Both the position numbers and the translations under genes were made by a program. Of a stretch of DNA of 64,000 nucleotides, positions 52,041-64,000 are shown in pieces; the first letter of the stretch is position 1, and the number at the start of each line of letters is the position of its first letter. The DNA is from Tubulanus polymorphus (taxonomy: Eukaryota; Animalia; Nemertea): contig NC_134030.1 in the NCBI RefSeq assembly GCF_964204645.1, forward strand, positions 12,297,947-12,361,946, given 5' to 3'. The notes below the pieces were generated by a model, which was not told the origin of the DNA, ran no database searches, and saw only the letters and a list, made by a program, of their open reading frames with translations.

Positions 52041-53299
52041 AACAAACATTACATGATAAATTTCCGAAATTCGAAGTCAAGTGTTCAGACTCGGGGATAT
52101 CTCAATTGGTCAGTTACTGACCATCATGGTGTCACCATTGTGGTCTATAGCTCAAATAAAACATGTGGAACCGACGAAGGGGCCCAAAAGCGTTCAATCA
52201 TTTTCTGGAGTGTCGTGATCCAAAAATGCCCTAACTGGAAAAGGCAGTCTCTCAATTGGATAAAACCAAATCGGACAGGACAATTAAAATTTGGGAAGGT
52301 AGTGGTCTTTCCACGAAGCCCACGCGGTGAGCGTATTATTATGAAATCTTTTTTTAAACCACCATGTACCACGAAGTAATAAACATCGTTGTAAGCACTT
52401 GAAACAGCCATTAACCACTTGAAACTGTCAGATCAAACATCATACCGCATCCCCGCAAAGAGGGGTGGTTCAGCAAACCGGAGTTTTCATTGGCCTCTCT
52501 AGACTACCCCGCCAGTACGGGTAGCCGAGCAAACCGGAAAACTCATAATGAGTAACGGTTACCGGTACTTGTTCAATTCTATTGAATTCTCCAATAAGGC
52601 AAGTGACGAGAAAATCTGAATAAGGAACACGTGACGGTTCCTTGTTCCTTCTTGGGAGATAAATTCTCAATAAGTAACGGAATGAGGAATAAGGAACAAG
52701 TAATGAACTTCACTGGGGTTGTCGGGCCGTAAACATCGAAAATTGGAGTCGTCATCCCGAAATCCACCGGAGGCTGTGAAAAACTTGTAGGGCCTACTCC
52801 ATGTAATTGAAATTTAGCAGTTTTGGCAAGTACAATGTAGGCCTACCGTAGTGAGTTTTGGCTTTGGCAAGTTTTGGCTTTGAAGCGTCGTGTAATCGAC
52901 AAGTGATTTGACGCGTCAATGATGGAAACTGTTGATTGTGATACAGTCGTTATTATGACATCTGTTTCAATGCCCTGAACTGACGGCTGTTAGAAATAAG
53001 AAAAGATAAGTTGATAATTTAAAATTAAGAAATCTATGAAATAATGAATATATTGATTTGTCAAAACTAAAGGAAACTGATATTTACTAGCGCAGGCGGT
53101 AATTCAAAGGATGGTTCAATGCCAATAAGTATTCATTCCTCTATGTTCTATTTCAACAAAAAGTATACAGATCATTAAACGGACATTAATTACTGAAAAC
53201 TAATTCCCAGCATTGTCGGAATTTCCCAGTGCAAAAGAACGGAAGAAAAACTGTAAGATTGAACGTTAAAATAGATACCAATGAGTTGTAAAATATTTC

Positions 53300-53610
53300 A
53301 TTGCTGAGTTTCAAGGTCATTAGATTTTGTATATGGTGAGCAGAGGGCGTTGAATAGTAGAATAACTTAGTATTTTCATATTATATTAGTAAGCCTACCT
53401 AGCTAGGCCTATTTTGTTATCCTTGCAAAATTGTAACCATGACATGTTCTATGATAGTGGTGAGTTTCAAGGTCATTGGTGTCAGTGTTTGGTCACCAGG
53501 GGGCGTTGAATAGTGGAATAAATTAGTATTTCTTTATATTGTTACCTAGGCATATTTTGAAACGCAATCAATTGCAAAGTTACACGTACAGCTCATGACA
53601 TGTTATATGC
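53300..53610 (+). mobile_element. HINE family 1 core-repeat fragment (opposite orientation)
   Basis: Two units of gagtttcaaggtcatt...ggggcgttgaatag. Confidence 0.75.
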
Positions 53611-54920
53611 GTTTACACTGTGAAGTTATAAGACCGGCAAAAGCTACTACATCCACAGTTTTTTATAGTGTCTATTCTGATAGCTGTTTATGACGATATA
53701 CCAAATGCATCTATCCATCGGGGTGAAAATGCATCAAAAACTTTAGAACATCACGGGGAGTTCAGTACAGGGGCTTGGGGATATTTGGGAATTTGAAAGC
53801 GTTTGAGATGCATTGCCTAGACAATCCAAGTTAAAACGCCACGTATTAAGTCACTAATGTTGATGGAAATTTCTTCTTGAAACGTTTTACAGCATCAATC
53901 ATTATTCAGTTCAGCCTCAGTCTACATTCTAGGCCTACATTTCTACAACAACATGTACGTCTCTACCCGTCACTGGGGAAATTTTGGAAACTGAAGTATT
54001 TTAGGTGCATTTCCCGGAGAATCATACTTATCCATTAACGAGAAAATCTCTATGAAACGCCGGCAATCAAACATCGGACTTAGCAGGAAAATCAGTGATG
54101 GAAAAATGAAGTCTAAAAAGTTTTCTTTGAAAACAATGGAACCCAGGATTTTCCCCGAACCCCCTGGGAACTGGTCAAAAATTTTGTCAGCCATTAGGCA
54201 TATAGACAGCATATTGACAGTTGAGTCGTTTGAGAAAAATGTGTGCACAAAAATAATTTTCATTTTTCGAAAAGGGCACGTCGGAACTTAACGGGATTCG
54301 ATCCTACCGAACACCCCCTAGATCCGCCTCTAAGAATAGTCGAAATGCACTCAAAATTGAATTTTCATTGACATTGTGATGCAGACGTCATACATATCCT
54401 GCCATGAAAAGTAATAAAGAGTAACTTAATCTATTGACTGTGAATAATTGGCCAATCGCTCGCCACAATCATATACGTGCCCGATTACTAACAGTTCATG
54501 TTTGACGACTCCTTTTCATAGGCTAACCTTGAACCGCAGTTCTTTTGAACCAAGGTTATTAGTCATTTGCCAGTAATCTCTATTCTTTATTGGGTTACAC
54601 GGTACTTATCCAATTTTCACCTTTCCTATTCGAATGAGAAGTTCGTTATTTAATTTCCAGTGACTTTGTACTTCCATAAAATGCTGCAACGAAACGTTGA
54701 ATAAATAACCAGAGCCAGGAACTAACCGAATAAGTAACAACTATCAAATAAATAATCAGACTCAGCTGCGAATTGATTTTAAAATGATAACAAATTATTG
54801 GAACATTTACGAGAAATTACAGCATTTATGCAATGTAACAATGAATAAACAAATTTCACATATGCATTGATTATTTACAAATGAAACCTGATCTATCAGA
54901 TCCACAACAACCACAACCAG

Positions 54921-55036
54921 GGCCCAGTTTTATAGACTGGTATTACCTTAAACCCGGAGGCTAACTCAATTGATAATGAATTAGTTGAATGAGTTAGCCC
55001 CGGGTTAAAAGTAATACCAGTCTATAAAACCGGCCC
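54921..55036. mobile_element. Palindromic PIF/Harbinger-like MITE, CAG TSD
   Basis: gttttatagactggtattac / gtaataccagtctataaaac; cag on both sides. Confidence 0.8.
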
Positions 55037-55359
55037 CAGAAGTTTTGTGAAATAAATCACACGTGCACATTCCTGTACGAAGCCAATAGTTGTGCAAAGT
55101 CTCATCAAAATACAAGAAAAGACTTATCCGCCGCATGTAATCTACTACACAGATAGATGAAAAAATGGGCGCCAATCAGCCATATATTTGATTTTTCGAA
55201 AATAAATCGCAGGTGCGAACTGAATACCATATGAGATACCTTAAGTTTCATAGAAATACAACCAAAGAGACCTCCGAGGAGTCATCCGCGCAGTTTACTA
55301 CACGGACGGACGCCGGTATTGACAAGCTGACACCACCACCCCACTTTGTTGCGCGTAAG

Positions 55360-55775
55360 CCATCCTCCCCCGCCAGGGATTCGAACCTGATGGCATCAAG
55401 GTTGCCACGGTACGAAACCCTTGCCACACTAGACCGCCATCCTCCCCTGGCAGGGATTCGAACCTGATGGCATCAAGATCGCCACGGTACGAAACCCTGC
55501 CACACTAGACTAGGAGTAGGTACATGCGCAGCTTAGATGATGTCCTTATTAGCCAATCAGAAATCCTGTTTTATTCAAGCCCGGGTTTTCCCATTTATAG
55601 TTCTTCCGTGAAATCTACTTCAGTGATTATACAACGAGCAATCTGATTGGTGCCGCAGGTTTTCGCGCGGCAAAGCTGCGCGTGTACCTGCGGACCTGGT
55701 CTACTAAGGCAGGGGTTCGTGCCGTTGCTGAGTGTAGCGATGCCATGTACGAATCCCTGCCGAGGGAGGATGCGG
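55360..55775. mobile_element. MITE whose inverted arms are tRNA-like; possible 5-bp TSD GTAAG
   Basis: ccatcctccc...gggaggatg termini; the 77-bp left arm is tandemly duplicated (55359, 55436); gtaag at 55355-55359 and 55776-55780. Confidence 0.7.
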
Positions 55776-55817
55776 GTAAGTCTGATAAGAAAAATGTTGA
55801 ATAGTGCAAAGGAGACT

Positions 55818-56074
55818 TTAAAAAGAGCTTTGGTTCATACATATCATATATATCATGACTCCTGTAATGTGTGTACTTATGCTTATAGTTTTTATTTGTG
55901 GGGATGCGCGACTTTCCGGTTTGTCGACATTCCAATTGTTTGATGTAACAAACATATCTTCAACTCTGGACCAAACACCCTCAGACTCAACGGGATCCAA
56001 TCGCAATAGATACCTCAATATCTGATATACGTCCACCGTCTTTATAGGGCCATGTTCCCGGTTGAGTTTGAAAT
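55818..56074 (-). CDS. ENPP6-like exon 7 (terminal)
   Basis: tttcag|DFKLNREHGPIKTVDVYQIL...GVWSRVEDM...GVMIYMICMNQSSF*. Confidence 0.9.
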
Positions 56075-59000
56075 CTGAAAAACACGACTTGTTTTGGATA
56101 TTCACATTTTACCCAAATAACATATTATTCTACGAAATAACTTTATGTTGGCAAATTGTATTGTGTGCTTGAAGAGTTAGGACGTCATGAAACTGTGCAA
56201 GAAAATAGCCGTTTCGTCTTTTCATTCTTTTATAGCATGGTTTCTAGTGGCGAGCAAATAGAAATTTCGTGTAGCTAGGAAATTTTCTACCGGAGTGCCG
56301 TGCAATAATTCTTTTCCGTGCCTTGAATTAACCAATGAATCTTATTACATTAACTTTATTTTCAGATGATAATAACTTTTGACAAATAACATAATCACAA
56401 ATTTGTGAAGATGGTAATAACAATTCACAGTCCGAAAAAATCCGAAATAACACAAAATACATTGTATGTCTAATAATCGAGTCATCCTAAGATTTCCAAA
56501 TCTTTTAAGAAATTTATGAATTTATCGGTGTTTGGGTGTACAAAATACTTTCTAGGGATGTATTGAGATCTGGGTGTAGCGTATTTGGGACATACTAATA
56601 AAACATGGTATAAATCTTCAATTTTGATCATCATTAAAAATAGGGCAGGTTCGATTCTCATAAGATACAGTTTCTACACATATTCGAGCATCGGTACCTA
56701 GTAAAAATTATTCTCACCAGATGGCATGCCAGTTGATCAGATGTTCAGTTGCGCGCAGGCGTCATGACATGTGAACTTAAATAAGTTTCTGCGTATTAGG
56801 TTCGAGTCCCGCAAACTATGAAGTGTCGCTGGCTCACTTTGTTTGTTGCGTAAAAGGTTTCTTATCTCAAATATGAAATAATAAACTTTCAAAACCGCAG
56901 TATCTATTTGTATTTGCTTTAAGGTTCGAATCCCGAAATTGTGTAATAGAAAAATATATTAGGATATATTCATACACTGCTGCATATCTCAAATCTTAAA
57001 CTTACTGCATCTCATACACTGCTGCATATCTCAAATCTTAAGCTTACTGCAAGACATAACCCGTTATCTCCAAAAATACGAAAGATCTTCTTAACCCTCT
57101 ATTGACCCACGTGGCAAATTTGCTACACAAATTTTAGGGGCTCAAAAATAGGGAGAAGGTGATTACATCCTCTATTAACCATTGTAGCAAATATAGTACA
57201 TTTTACTTAGTTCATTCATATGACAACAGATGGTAGCACCTCAGAGTGATTATTTCTGACAATGAGTGAAGTTTACTCAATTCACATGGACAGCAATACC
57301 ATTTTAGCAGCAAATTCAAAATAAAAATCTAGAAGTCCCTTCATGCATAAAGATGTCATAATACAGACCTATTTAATGCCTAATACTCGTACAACAACTA
57401 GGCATCTTAAATAAATGCCTAAGTCTAGCATTTAGTGATTGATGGTCAAAGTTTCTTGTAGCTAATTTATTACATTGGTAAAAAGCCGAACCCATATGTC
57501 AAATAAATATTTTTACAGTTTATGAATTTCATCGGCATTCTTACTTAGATGTATTCATATTAGTTCCAAATAGCATTCTAGTTTGTAATAGTTATCGAAT
57601 TTAGATTGAATTGAAAATATTATAGTAGGTGAGGGTTGTTGATATATCATGTGATCAAGTGTAAAGGGTTAATTCCCGCCAGTTTTCTTTTTGCTCTCGT
57701 CACATCTGTAACCAATCTGAGTGTTTTTAGTTGCAATAAAATAGTCGTAGTATACACACGTTTACGGTTTTCTCTCACTGCGCCTAAGGATAGAGAATTA
57801 TCTGGAAAGATGTCTTTAACAAGGGGATCTTCTGAGCTTATAACTCCCCAGTGGGTAAGAGATTCAATGAATTCAACACCACCTCTAAAAAGCACTATGC
57901 TGTCAAACCTCCATTGCCGACATCCAATATGAAAGTGTAGCTATTTCTAGCCTCGGTGAAACAAAGTGACATTGCAAGAAGTTGGCCAAATTGATTCAGT
58001 CAGATCAGATGTCCAGATCAGATGCGCAACAACTGAAACTATTTATTGATATTCCATGTTAAGAAATAAATGGTACTATCGCAATATTGCATCTGAGAAT
58101 GAAGATGCATTTGAAAGATTTTTTCTCAAATTTTTACTTTACTGACCAATGTAGCAAATTTGCAACATTTCAGAAAACTAGATCAAATGGGCCAAAATCT
58201 ATTTTTGTTAATAGGTATCGTTTTACTATACCATATTGGCTGTATATGACAGAAATTAGAATTTTCTGCACATCAGAATTGGTACCGTTTAATAGAGGGT
58301 TTTAAGCAATTATTGAAAAATAACGAAGAATGCCTGATCCTGGTCCGTCCGCAGTTGTGAGTCAAAAAGAGTCAAATCAAGACTCACATCTATGAATAAA
58401 TTTTGGGATTAATAGCACTGCTAATAAAATAAATCAGCGACATTGTGGTCATCAATTTGAAATAAGGATCAAAATTTTGTGGGATTTGAACCTAATAGAA
58501 ACTACAGTGACGCTCATGCTGGAGTCATTAAAGTTCACATGCCATGACGCCTGCTGCGCACAACAAAATTAATTTCGACCGACTGGCACGCCATCTGGTG
58601 ACATAGTAGGTTTATCCTTGATGACATGAGTTGATTCTTCACGTCATGACATTATCCTTCACGTTATGGGTGTATCCTTCACGTGATGACTTAAACGTCT
58701 GTTTGGCCGCCCATACACTGGTAAATCTAGGTATTGTTCATATACAATATTAGTCCTGTAGTTACGATAGTAAATGGCTCTACTTGATCTCTGAAGGACG
58801 TTTTGCCTGCATTGAGTATACTGATCTTTTAAACGTTGCTCTATGGATTTAATAAACCATAGCGAATGTCCAAATTTTCCTCTTGACTAATTTTGCTAAT
58901 TGAACAATTTCGTATTTGACGGTACTATGACTCACCTGGGCCTTTAGCTATAAAAACTGCCTTCATTTCTTCATATCGAGCATCATAACCGTTGCATCCA

Positions 59001-62000
59001 TGATAAGGCTCCTTTTGACCAGAACTATTTACAAATGTTGGATAATCTTGGCCCGGCTGATAATAAGCAAAAACAGTTGATTCGTAATTATCTTCCTAAA
59101 TTCAGTGACTTGACCAGACTAACTGTAATATTCTAATTTCAGACATATGTTTTTTTCATTTGATCAAAAGAGGTATATATAAGAAATATATCGAAAACTA
59201 TTGTGGCTGATTCGAGGAAATTAAACGAAAATTTGACACTCACTCAATCCAAATGCTTTAACATAACGAAAACGCCACGTTGAAACCAAGTAATATTCAT
59301 TTTATTGTGTTTTTCATTATTTTTACGCCACATTGAAATCAACTTTCTTAGAGAAAAGTTAAGACCGGATTTTCTCTTTCCGTAGTCTTTTTTCGAATCA
59401 GCGTGGTCTTTTTCAACTTTGAGTTATCCAAAAATGGTTGCATTTTAATTTTTCTATATGGCTCAAAAGCCACCGCGGTGCTAACTCATGGAGTTTTACA
59501 ACAAAAATCTACCGTATAGACTTGGTCCACGAGTCAATTTTTCTATCGATTGTTTTGGCCATAAACTTTAAGTATTGCATTTTCTCAACTCACACTTTTC
59601 AATCAATGTGTTTGTATATTTGGAGTCTTTCTCCCATATATAAACCTGGGCAGTATGCAAAGTCTTGACTCCAATTCCCCCAAATTCTGGCAAATTTAGT
59701 TAACAGTTGGTGGATGGCAACATCATCCAAAATGTATATTAATTTCACTATACCTACCGGTAGAAGATAAGTTCCCGGCCTTGCAACTACCAGTATGGGA
59801 CTGGCACGATATGAAAGTCCCAGCCGATACTTTTCCGGAATATCCTTCCGCAAATACACGCCCTCAAAACGCTCAGAATTAAAAGTTTTTACGAATGACG
59901 TTACGTGCTTATAAACCTGTAGTAAAAGAATAAAGTTGATTTGGCGCGTCTGCCTTGTGCTTTGACACGACGACTCGAGTAATGGGAATCGAATGGTTCT
60001 GTCTAAAGAACATACCTCTAACCGCCCTTTGGTTTTTTCGTTCCCATTTTGTTTAGTGTTTTAGATGCAACCTGAATGATTCATTTTAGGACTTCACCCA
60101 GTCCTGAGCGTGGCGCCCCGTAATACTGCGTGTACTAAGGAACTCGCGTGTGTCCAAGCGATATACCACTGTCACTGACACTCAGGTTCTTACTCACAGT
60201 GCATTCGTTACCGATTAAACAATTTAAAGAATGGGATTAAACAATTTAAAGAATGGAACATGTTATTTATAAGAAAAAACATCATCATTAAGGCTATGCA
60301 CTAGCCTAGTGCTTTTCTGCTGATGTGATGTATCATAACAACTTATAAGTTTCATTCACTTCAAATAAAGATACATTGTATTTTAAAACATGTACAAGGT
60401 ATAAAATGATCAACTGTCTCAATCTGTTTTGGAATAGATAAAATATGTGCCTAAAATTTAATAAGATTTTATTCACATTTCTGGTTTTTACAGTAAAATT
60501 TCAATTTTAGAAAATTAAATCGTTCCGGCAAAATTGATTATCTATTTTTACAATTAAACCCCTCTCCTCTGTAGCAGAATTGAAATTTTATTGAAACTTT
60601 TTGAATGATATTATGATATAGCAGTGGTTTAAATGGAAGGGGTAATAAATAGTGCTGTTCAGTAAGCTTAGTATGATTTGGATGCGTGGCTTAGGCGCGC
60701 TATCCCTCAGTGTCCTTGCTTGAAATAATGTACTTTTGTCAATTGTACATTTGGGCGCTCGAACCTACTTTAAAGTAATCTTCGATATCAGCTGAAACCC
60801 GTCTGGATTCTATGCTTCACCCGAAACGAAAAAACCAAAGGGTGGTTAGAGGTATGTTCTTGAGACGGACCCGAATCAAATGGCTCTTCTCAGCCAATAT
60901 TGCTTAGGATGAGTAGTGTAAAACAATAATGCGGAACCATCATTCTTCACTTTATTACCTGCATTATCTTGTTATCGGCCGGCCAAATCCATAACATGGC
61001 TCCGTCTTCTTTAAAGCGTACAACATCCGCTGATACAATGTACCTGGACATGTCGATTACAAACACCGGTGAACAATATTCCATCCCGTGGTCAGAAACT
61101 AGTACTATATTCAACATTTCAGATAATCCAAGTTTCTCTGTCTCTGTTATAATACGCTGTATAAGATGATCTACGTGACGAACAGCAGCTCGTGTTCTTT
61201 TGTCAAATGGCCCGTATTTCCTGCCAGCAGTGTTCACGTGATCGATGTATGTAACTTAAATGAAGAATCAGTAATACGTAAGAATCTTCGAAGAATTCTG
61301 CTATTGTTTATTACAAGCTTGAAAGAATGATTGAATTTTGGGCTCTTACACACGAAATCAACGGAACCATCTGCTATTCGTTTGACACCTTCCGATACGC
61401 CGTCGCAAACATCTGACATGGTCAAACTGCCATAATTGTTTGGTGGTCGGCAGTAAACTGGATGCTCATTTTTTATAGCTACTTGACATCCATATGCTAA
61501 TTCCATATAAGTCGATATTCTCTACAGCATTAATTGTATATTTTATGTACGTACAACCTGTTAGGCTGTTTAGGCTTTGGATATATCCATGACACTTTGT
61601 ACAATTTTGTATGTTGACTTATATTTGTGTATTTTGACCTAATCTGTGTTTTGTACTGATTCTTTTGTGCAAATTTCAATTCAATTCAATAATTTACGTT
61701 CTAATTTTTCTTCGCTTACTTTTTCCAGAGACAAAAGTTTCTATTTTCTATACACGTATAGGCCTACTGATCAATTTTCCTTCCTTCAGACTGTGTGGCA
61801 AGTTTGCAAATTGATAAGGGAACATAATCTTAATCAATGGCTTTTCAGCGTTCCTACCAGTTTTGATGTTGATATCCAGATTGGCTCTACGGAATTCCAC
61901 CAATAGGACTTTGTCGATTCTGGGTTTTTACCAGCTTCAAAAGTTTCGTAGTTTAACGGGTCAAACATGTAATCGCTTATGAGACCATGCTTTTCTGGGT

Positions 62001-62328
62001 ACATACCTAACGAAAATATGTAACCAGGAAAATATAATGACTTGCGAATTCAATACTTATGTATGTACGTTTATAATGAAGAAAGACTACCTGTAACAAT
62101 GCTATAGTAATTCGGAAAAGTCAATGTTGGAAAAACAGGATCCAAATATTCCACGTTAACGCCATTATTTATCAGACTTCTAAATCCTTTCAATCCGTCT
62201 ATATCTAAATAATCAGGACGAAAACCTCCCACATACAATACTAAAAGTTTCGACGGCCTAGTCTTGTCTACGGTCAGAATAGAACGAAATAACAATAAAA
62301 AACATATTGCTATATACATATAGAACAT
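55818..62328 (-). CDS. ENPP6: ENPP6-like ectonucleotide pyrophosphatase/phosphodiesterase family protein (type I phosphodiesterase fold), 7 exons, 463 aa; metal ligands degenerate
   Basis: Exons 62328-62091, 62006-61858, 61521-61350, 61254-60959, 59916-59758, 59056-58936, 56074-55818; all GT-AG with consistent phases, 1392 nt. Motifs: [46 protein letters not shown], GYD...MKAVFIAKGPDFK, IKTVDVY, GVWSRVEDM. Hydrophobic N-terminus (signal-like) and hydrophobic C-terminus. NYY, GC..I..HPVYC and WSRV resemble ENPP6 more than ENPP4/5; the symbol means 'ENPP6-like' and orthology is not proven. Confidence 0.9.
56714..58601. mobile_element. ~1.9-kb element with ~100-130-bp imperfect TIRs containing a B-box-like motif
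   Basis: tcaccagatggcatgccagt...gcaggcgtcatg...ggttcgagtccc mirrored by gggatttgaacc...catgacgcctgc...actggcacgccatctggtga. Confidence 0.7.
57095..58299. mobile_element. piggyBac-like non-autonomous element nested in the above
   Basis: TTAA|CCCTCTATT...AATAGAGGG|TTTTAA; internal minus-strand LGAVRENRK resembles the piggyBac GTVRxNR motif. Confidence 0.6.
58936..59056 (-). CDS. ENPP6-like exon 6
   Basis: tatcag|PGQDYP...PYHGCNGYDARYEEMKAVFIAKGP|gtgagt. Confidence 0.93.
59758..59916 (-). CDS. ENPP6-like exon 5
   Basis: ctacag|VYKHV...VYLRKDIPEKY...SPILVVARPGTYLLP|gtaggt. Confidence 0.92.
59995..60872. mobile_element. Sola2-like MITE, 4-bp TSD GAAT
   Basis: ~50-bp TIRs (aagaacatacctctaacc.ccctttggttttttcgtt); gaat at 59991-59994 and 60873-60876. 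Confidence 0.7.
60959..61254 (-). CDS. ENPP6-like exon 4
   Basis: tttaag|FTYIDHVNTAGRKYGP...[10 protein letters not shown]...WPADNKIMQ|gtaata. Confidence 0.92.
61350..61521 (-). CDS. ENPP6-like exon 3
   Basis: ctgtag|RISTYMELAYGCQVAIKNEHPVYC...GSVDFV|gtaaga. Confidence 0.88.
61858..62006 (-). CDS. ENPP6-like exon 2
   Basis: cgttag|[17 protein letters not shown]...[16 protein letters not shown]|gtagga. Confidence 0.92.
62091..62328 (-). CDS. ENPP6-like exon 1 (signal peptide, nucleophile Thr70)
   Basis: MFYMYIAICFLLLF...VGGFRPDY...[13 protein letters not shown]|gtagtc. Confidence 0.92.
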
Positions 62329-63074
62329 TTTGCCTTGATATCGCCCTCAGTAGTTCGACGCAAATGCTCAACGGCGTGCATTGGACCTGTAGGGCATACG
62401 TGATAAGATAGTTTAAAGCGGAATATCGATTTTTGCATGACCCTTTTTGCAATCAATTCCCTGTCATCATATTACGAATAAAACGAATAAACAGATTAAG
62501 CCGAGCAACGTAGACATTAGACCCGCACACGACACTAGCTTTTCGTACCGTACGATGTTCTAAATACTCCGACCCGCGCATACCTTCCTTGATCTTCCAT
62601 AGCAAAATATATCCAATTTTCCTGAAACAATTCGTTAAAATCTATTCAATAAAGACTTATAATTCATTTATTGCAATACCGCATCTTAAATGAAACCATT
62701 TTAACTATTTTTCTTGGAGTGAGAACTGTATTGAATGAAATTCCTTTTGGGAACTAGTCTTGAATTAGTCAATGTGTTACTGCATCTGTTTTGAAAGAAA
62801 AACTAACTGTATTGAACGAAAAATGTTTGTCTCGAACCAAAAAACTATTGTATTGGATGAAAAATTCGTGTCTTGTACGGAAACCCTTTCTTGAAGGAAC
62901 AAACATAACATCTCGAATGTTATATTTGAATCTCAATCTCGAATTTTATATTTGAATTCGAATCTCAACGTCTTTCTTACCGTTATCTAACTTATCCTTC
63001 GCCATATTTCCATGCCGGCATAGTAGCCACTACAGCCTTGTTCACAAATATGTGGAGCTTATCAGATTACGTAC

Positions 63075-63381
63075 CAGGGGAGGATCCAGACGGGAGCACA
63101 AGGAGCACGTTCCCATCGCAATTTTCCTGTGCCCTTTTGAAAATACAATGACAATACTTCTCAGGACACTTTTTCCACCCGCATCTAATAGGACAGCAGT
63201 CCGCAAGATTTAATTTACGTGTATTCTCTCAAATGTCCCTCAAGTGCCTAGAAATTGTGTGAAAATGTAATGAAATTTCAAATACATTTCCCGACACTTT
63301 CATGACTAGCCTTTGTTCAGTATAAATACCATTTTAATTTCGTTGTGCTTCTTTCAAAATATGCCCCTGGATCCACTCATG
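63075..63381. mobile_element. Degenerate hAT-like MITE (CAGGG..GGATCCAG type; related fragments ~6808-7162 and ending ~54331)
   Basis: caggggaggatccag...ctggatccactcatg. Confidence 0.5.
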
Positions 63382-64000
63382 CGTACGTATACCTATCTAA
63401 CCCAACTGCCTCGCCCCGTGCATAAGGAAAAAATGGTATTTTCCATGAAAAATAGATAAGCCACTCCGCGGCCATAATTGAAATGTAAATTCGAGACTTC
63501 GTTTTTTTCGTGAACTGTCGTCCCATTTTCCGGAAAACCAAGGGTGGGTTTAGGGAGGTGCGAGCAACAATTTTTCTAATCTGCTTATCTCAGTTTTTTT
63601 TTACACGATCAATAGTTTATTAAAACTCTTACAAAATATATTGCAAATTAGGGGATTATGGTAAAATGTCCCATCAAACAAATGATGATTTTCGAAAAAA
63701 CGCAGGTACCGACGGCGAAATGAAATAGCGCCAGCATGATGCAGGACCTACTCAGTTCACTTACTAGTGTATTCGCAACATTGACGTAGCCACATTGACC
63801 ACGCTCCATCCACGAAAGATAAAATTGTAAAGTTTATTGTAAGTACTAATCTTATATCCATGTTCAATAAAAAGAAATACTTAGATCTTAATGTTATAGT
63901 ACATTAATAAGTACCACAAAAACTCACATTTTTACGCTCCCTTTTTACCATTTTTGTGAAGTGTATCCTACCCAGGACATCCCCCATATGCTGTCGGCTT

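Noticed and set aside
55360-55520. Functional tRNA genes (also near 12600, 40980, 45735 and 56800)
   Set aside because: Only B-box/T-arm-like parts are convincing. There is no clean cloverleaf or anticodon arm, and they are embedded in dispersed repeats.
55818-62328. Calling the ENPP-like locus a pseudogene
   Set aside because: The frame, start, stop and all 12 splice sites are intact; only catalytic residues are changed.

Overview
AT-rich, intron-containing animal genomic DNA, probably a marine invertebrate (inferred from the repeat repertoire; species not determinable). Two complete spliced minus-strand genes can be rebuilt by hand with GT-AG junctions and consistent phases. (1) ANKMY2: 11 coding exons, 46149->25433, 444 aa, ankyrin repeats plus an intact MYND finger. 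(2) An ENPP6-like ectonucleotide pyrophosphatase/phosphodiesterase: 7 exons, 62328->55818, 463 aa. Its frame is intact, but four of the six canonical Zn ligands and the phosphate-binding Asn are substituted, making it a candidate secreted or GPI-anchored pseudoenzyme. The rest is a dense, nested landscape of non-autonomous transposons. These include Helentron-type HINEs whose 154-bp core repeats carry near-perfect CTCF motifs, an inverted pair of 9-bp-TSD elements forming an ~850-bp inverted repeat, a TTAA-flanked element with an internal satellite, and MITEs with tRNA-like arms. There is also a Penelope end with a hammerhead-like motif, several LINE remnants, and a HINE that has captured the empty-site version of another HINE's insertion locus. 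Most ORFs in the supplied track are spurious. Transposon classifications rest on TIR/TSD signatures only.
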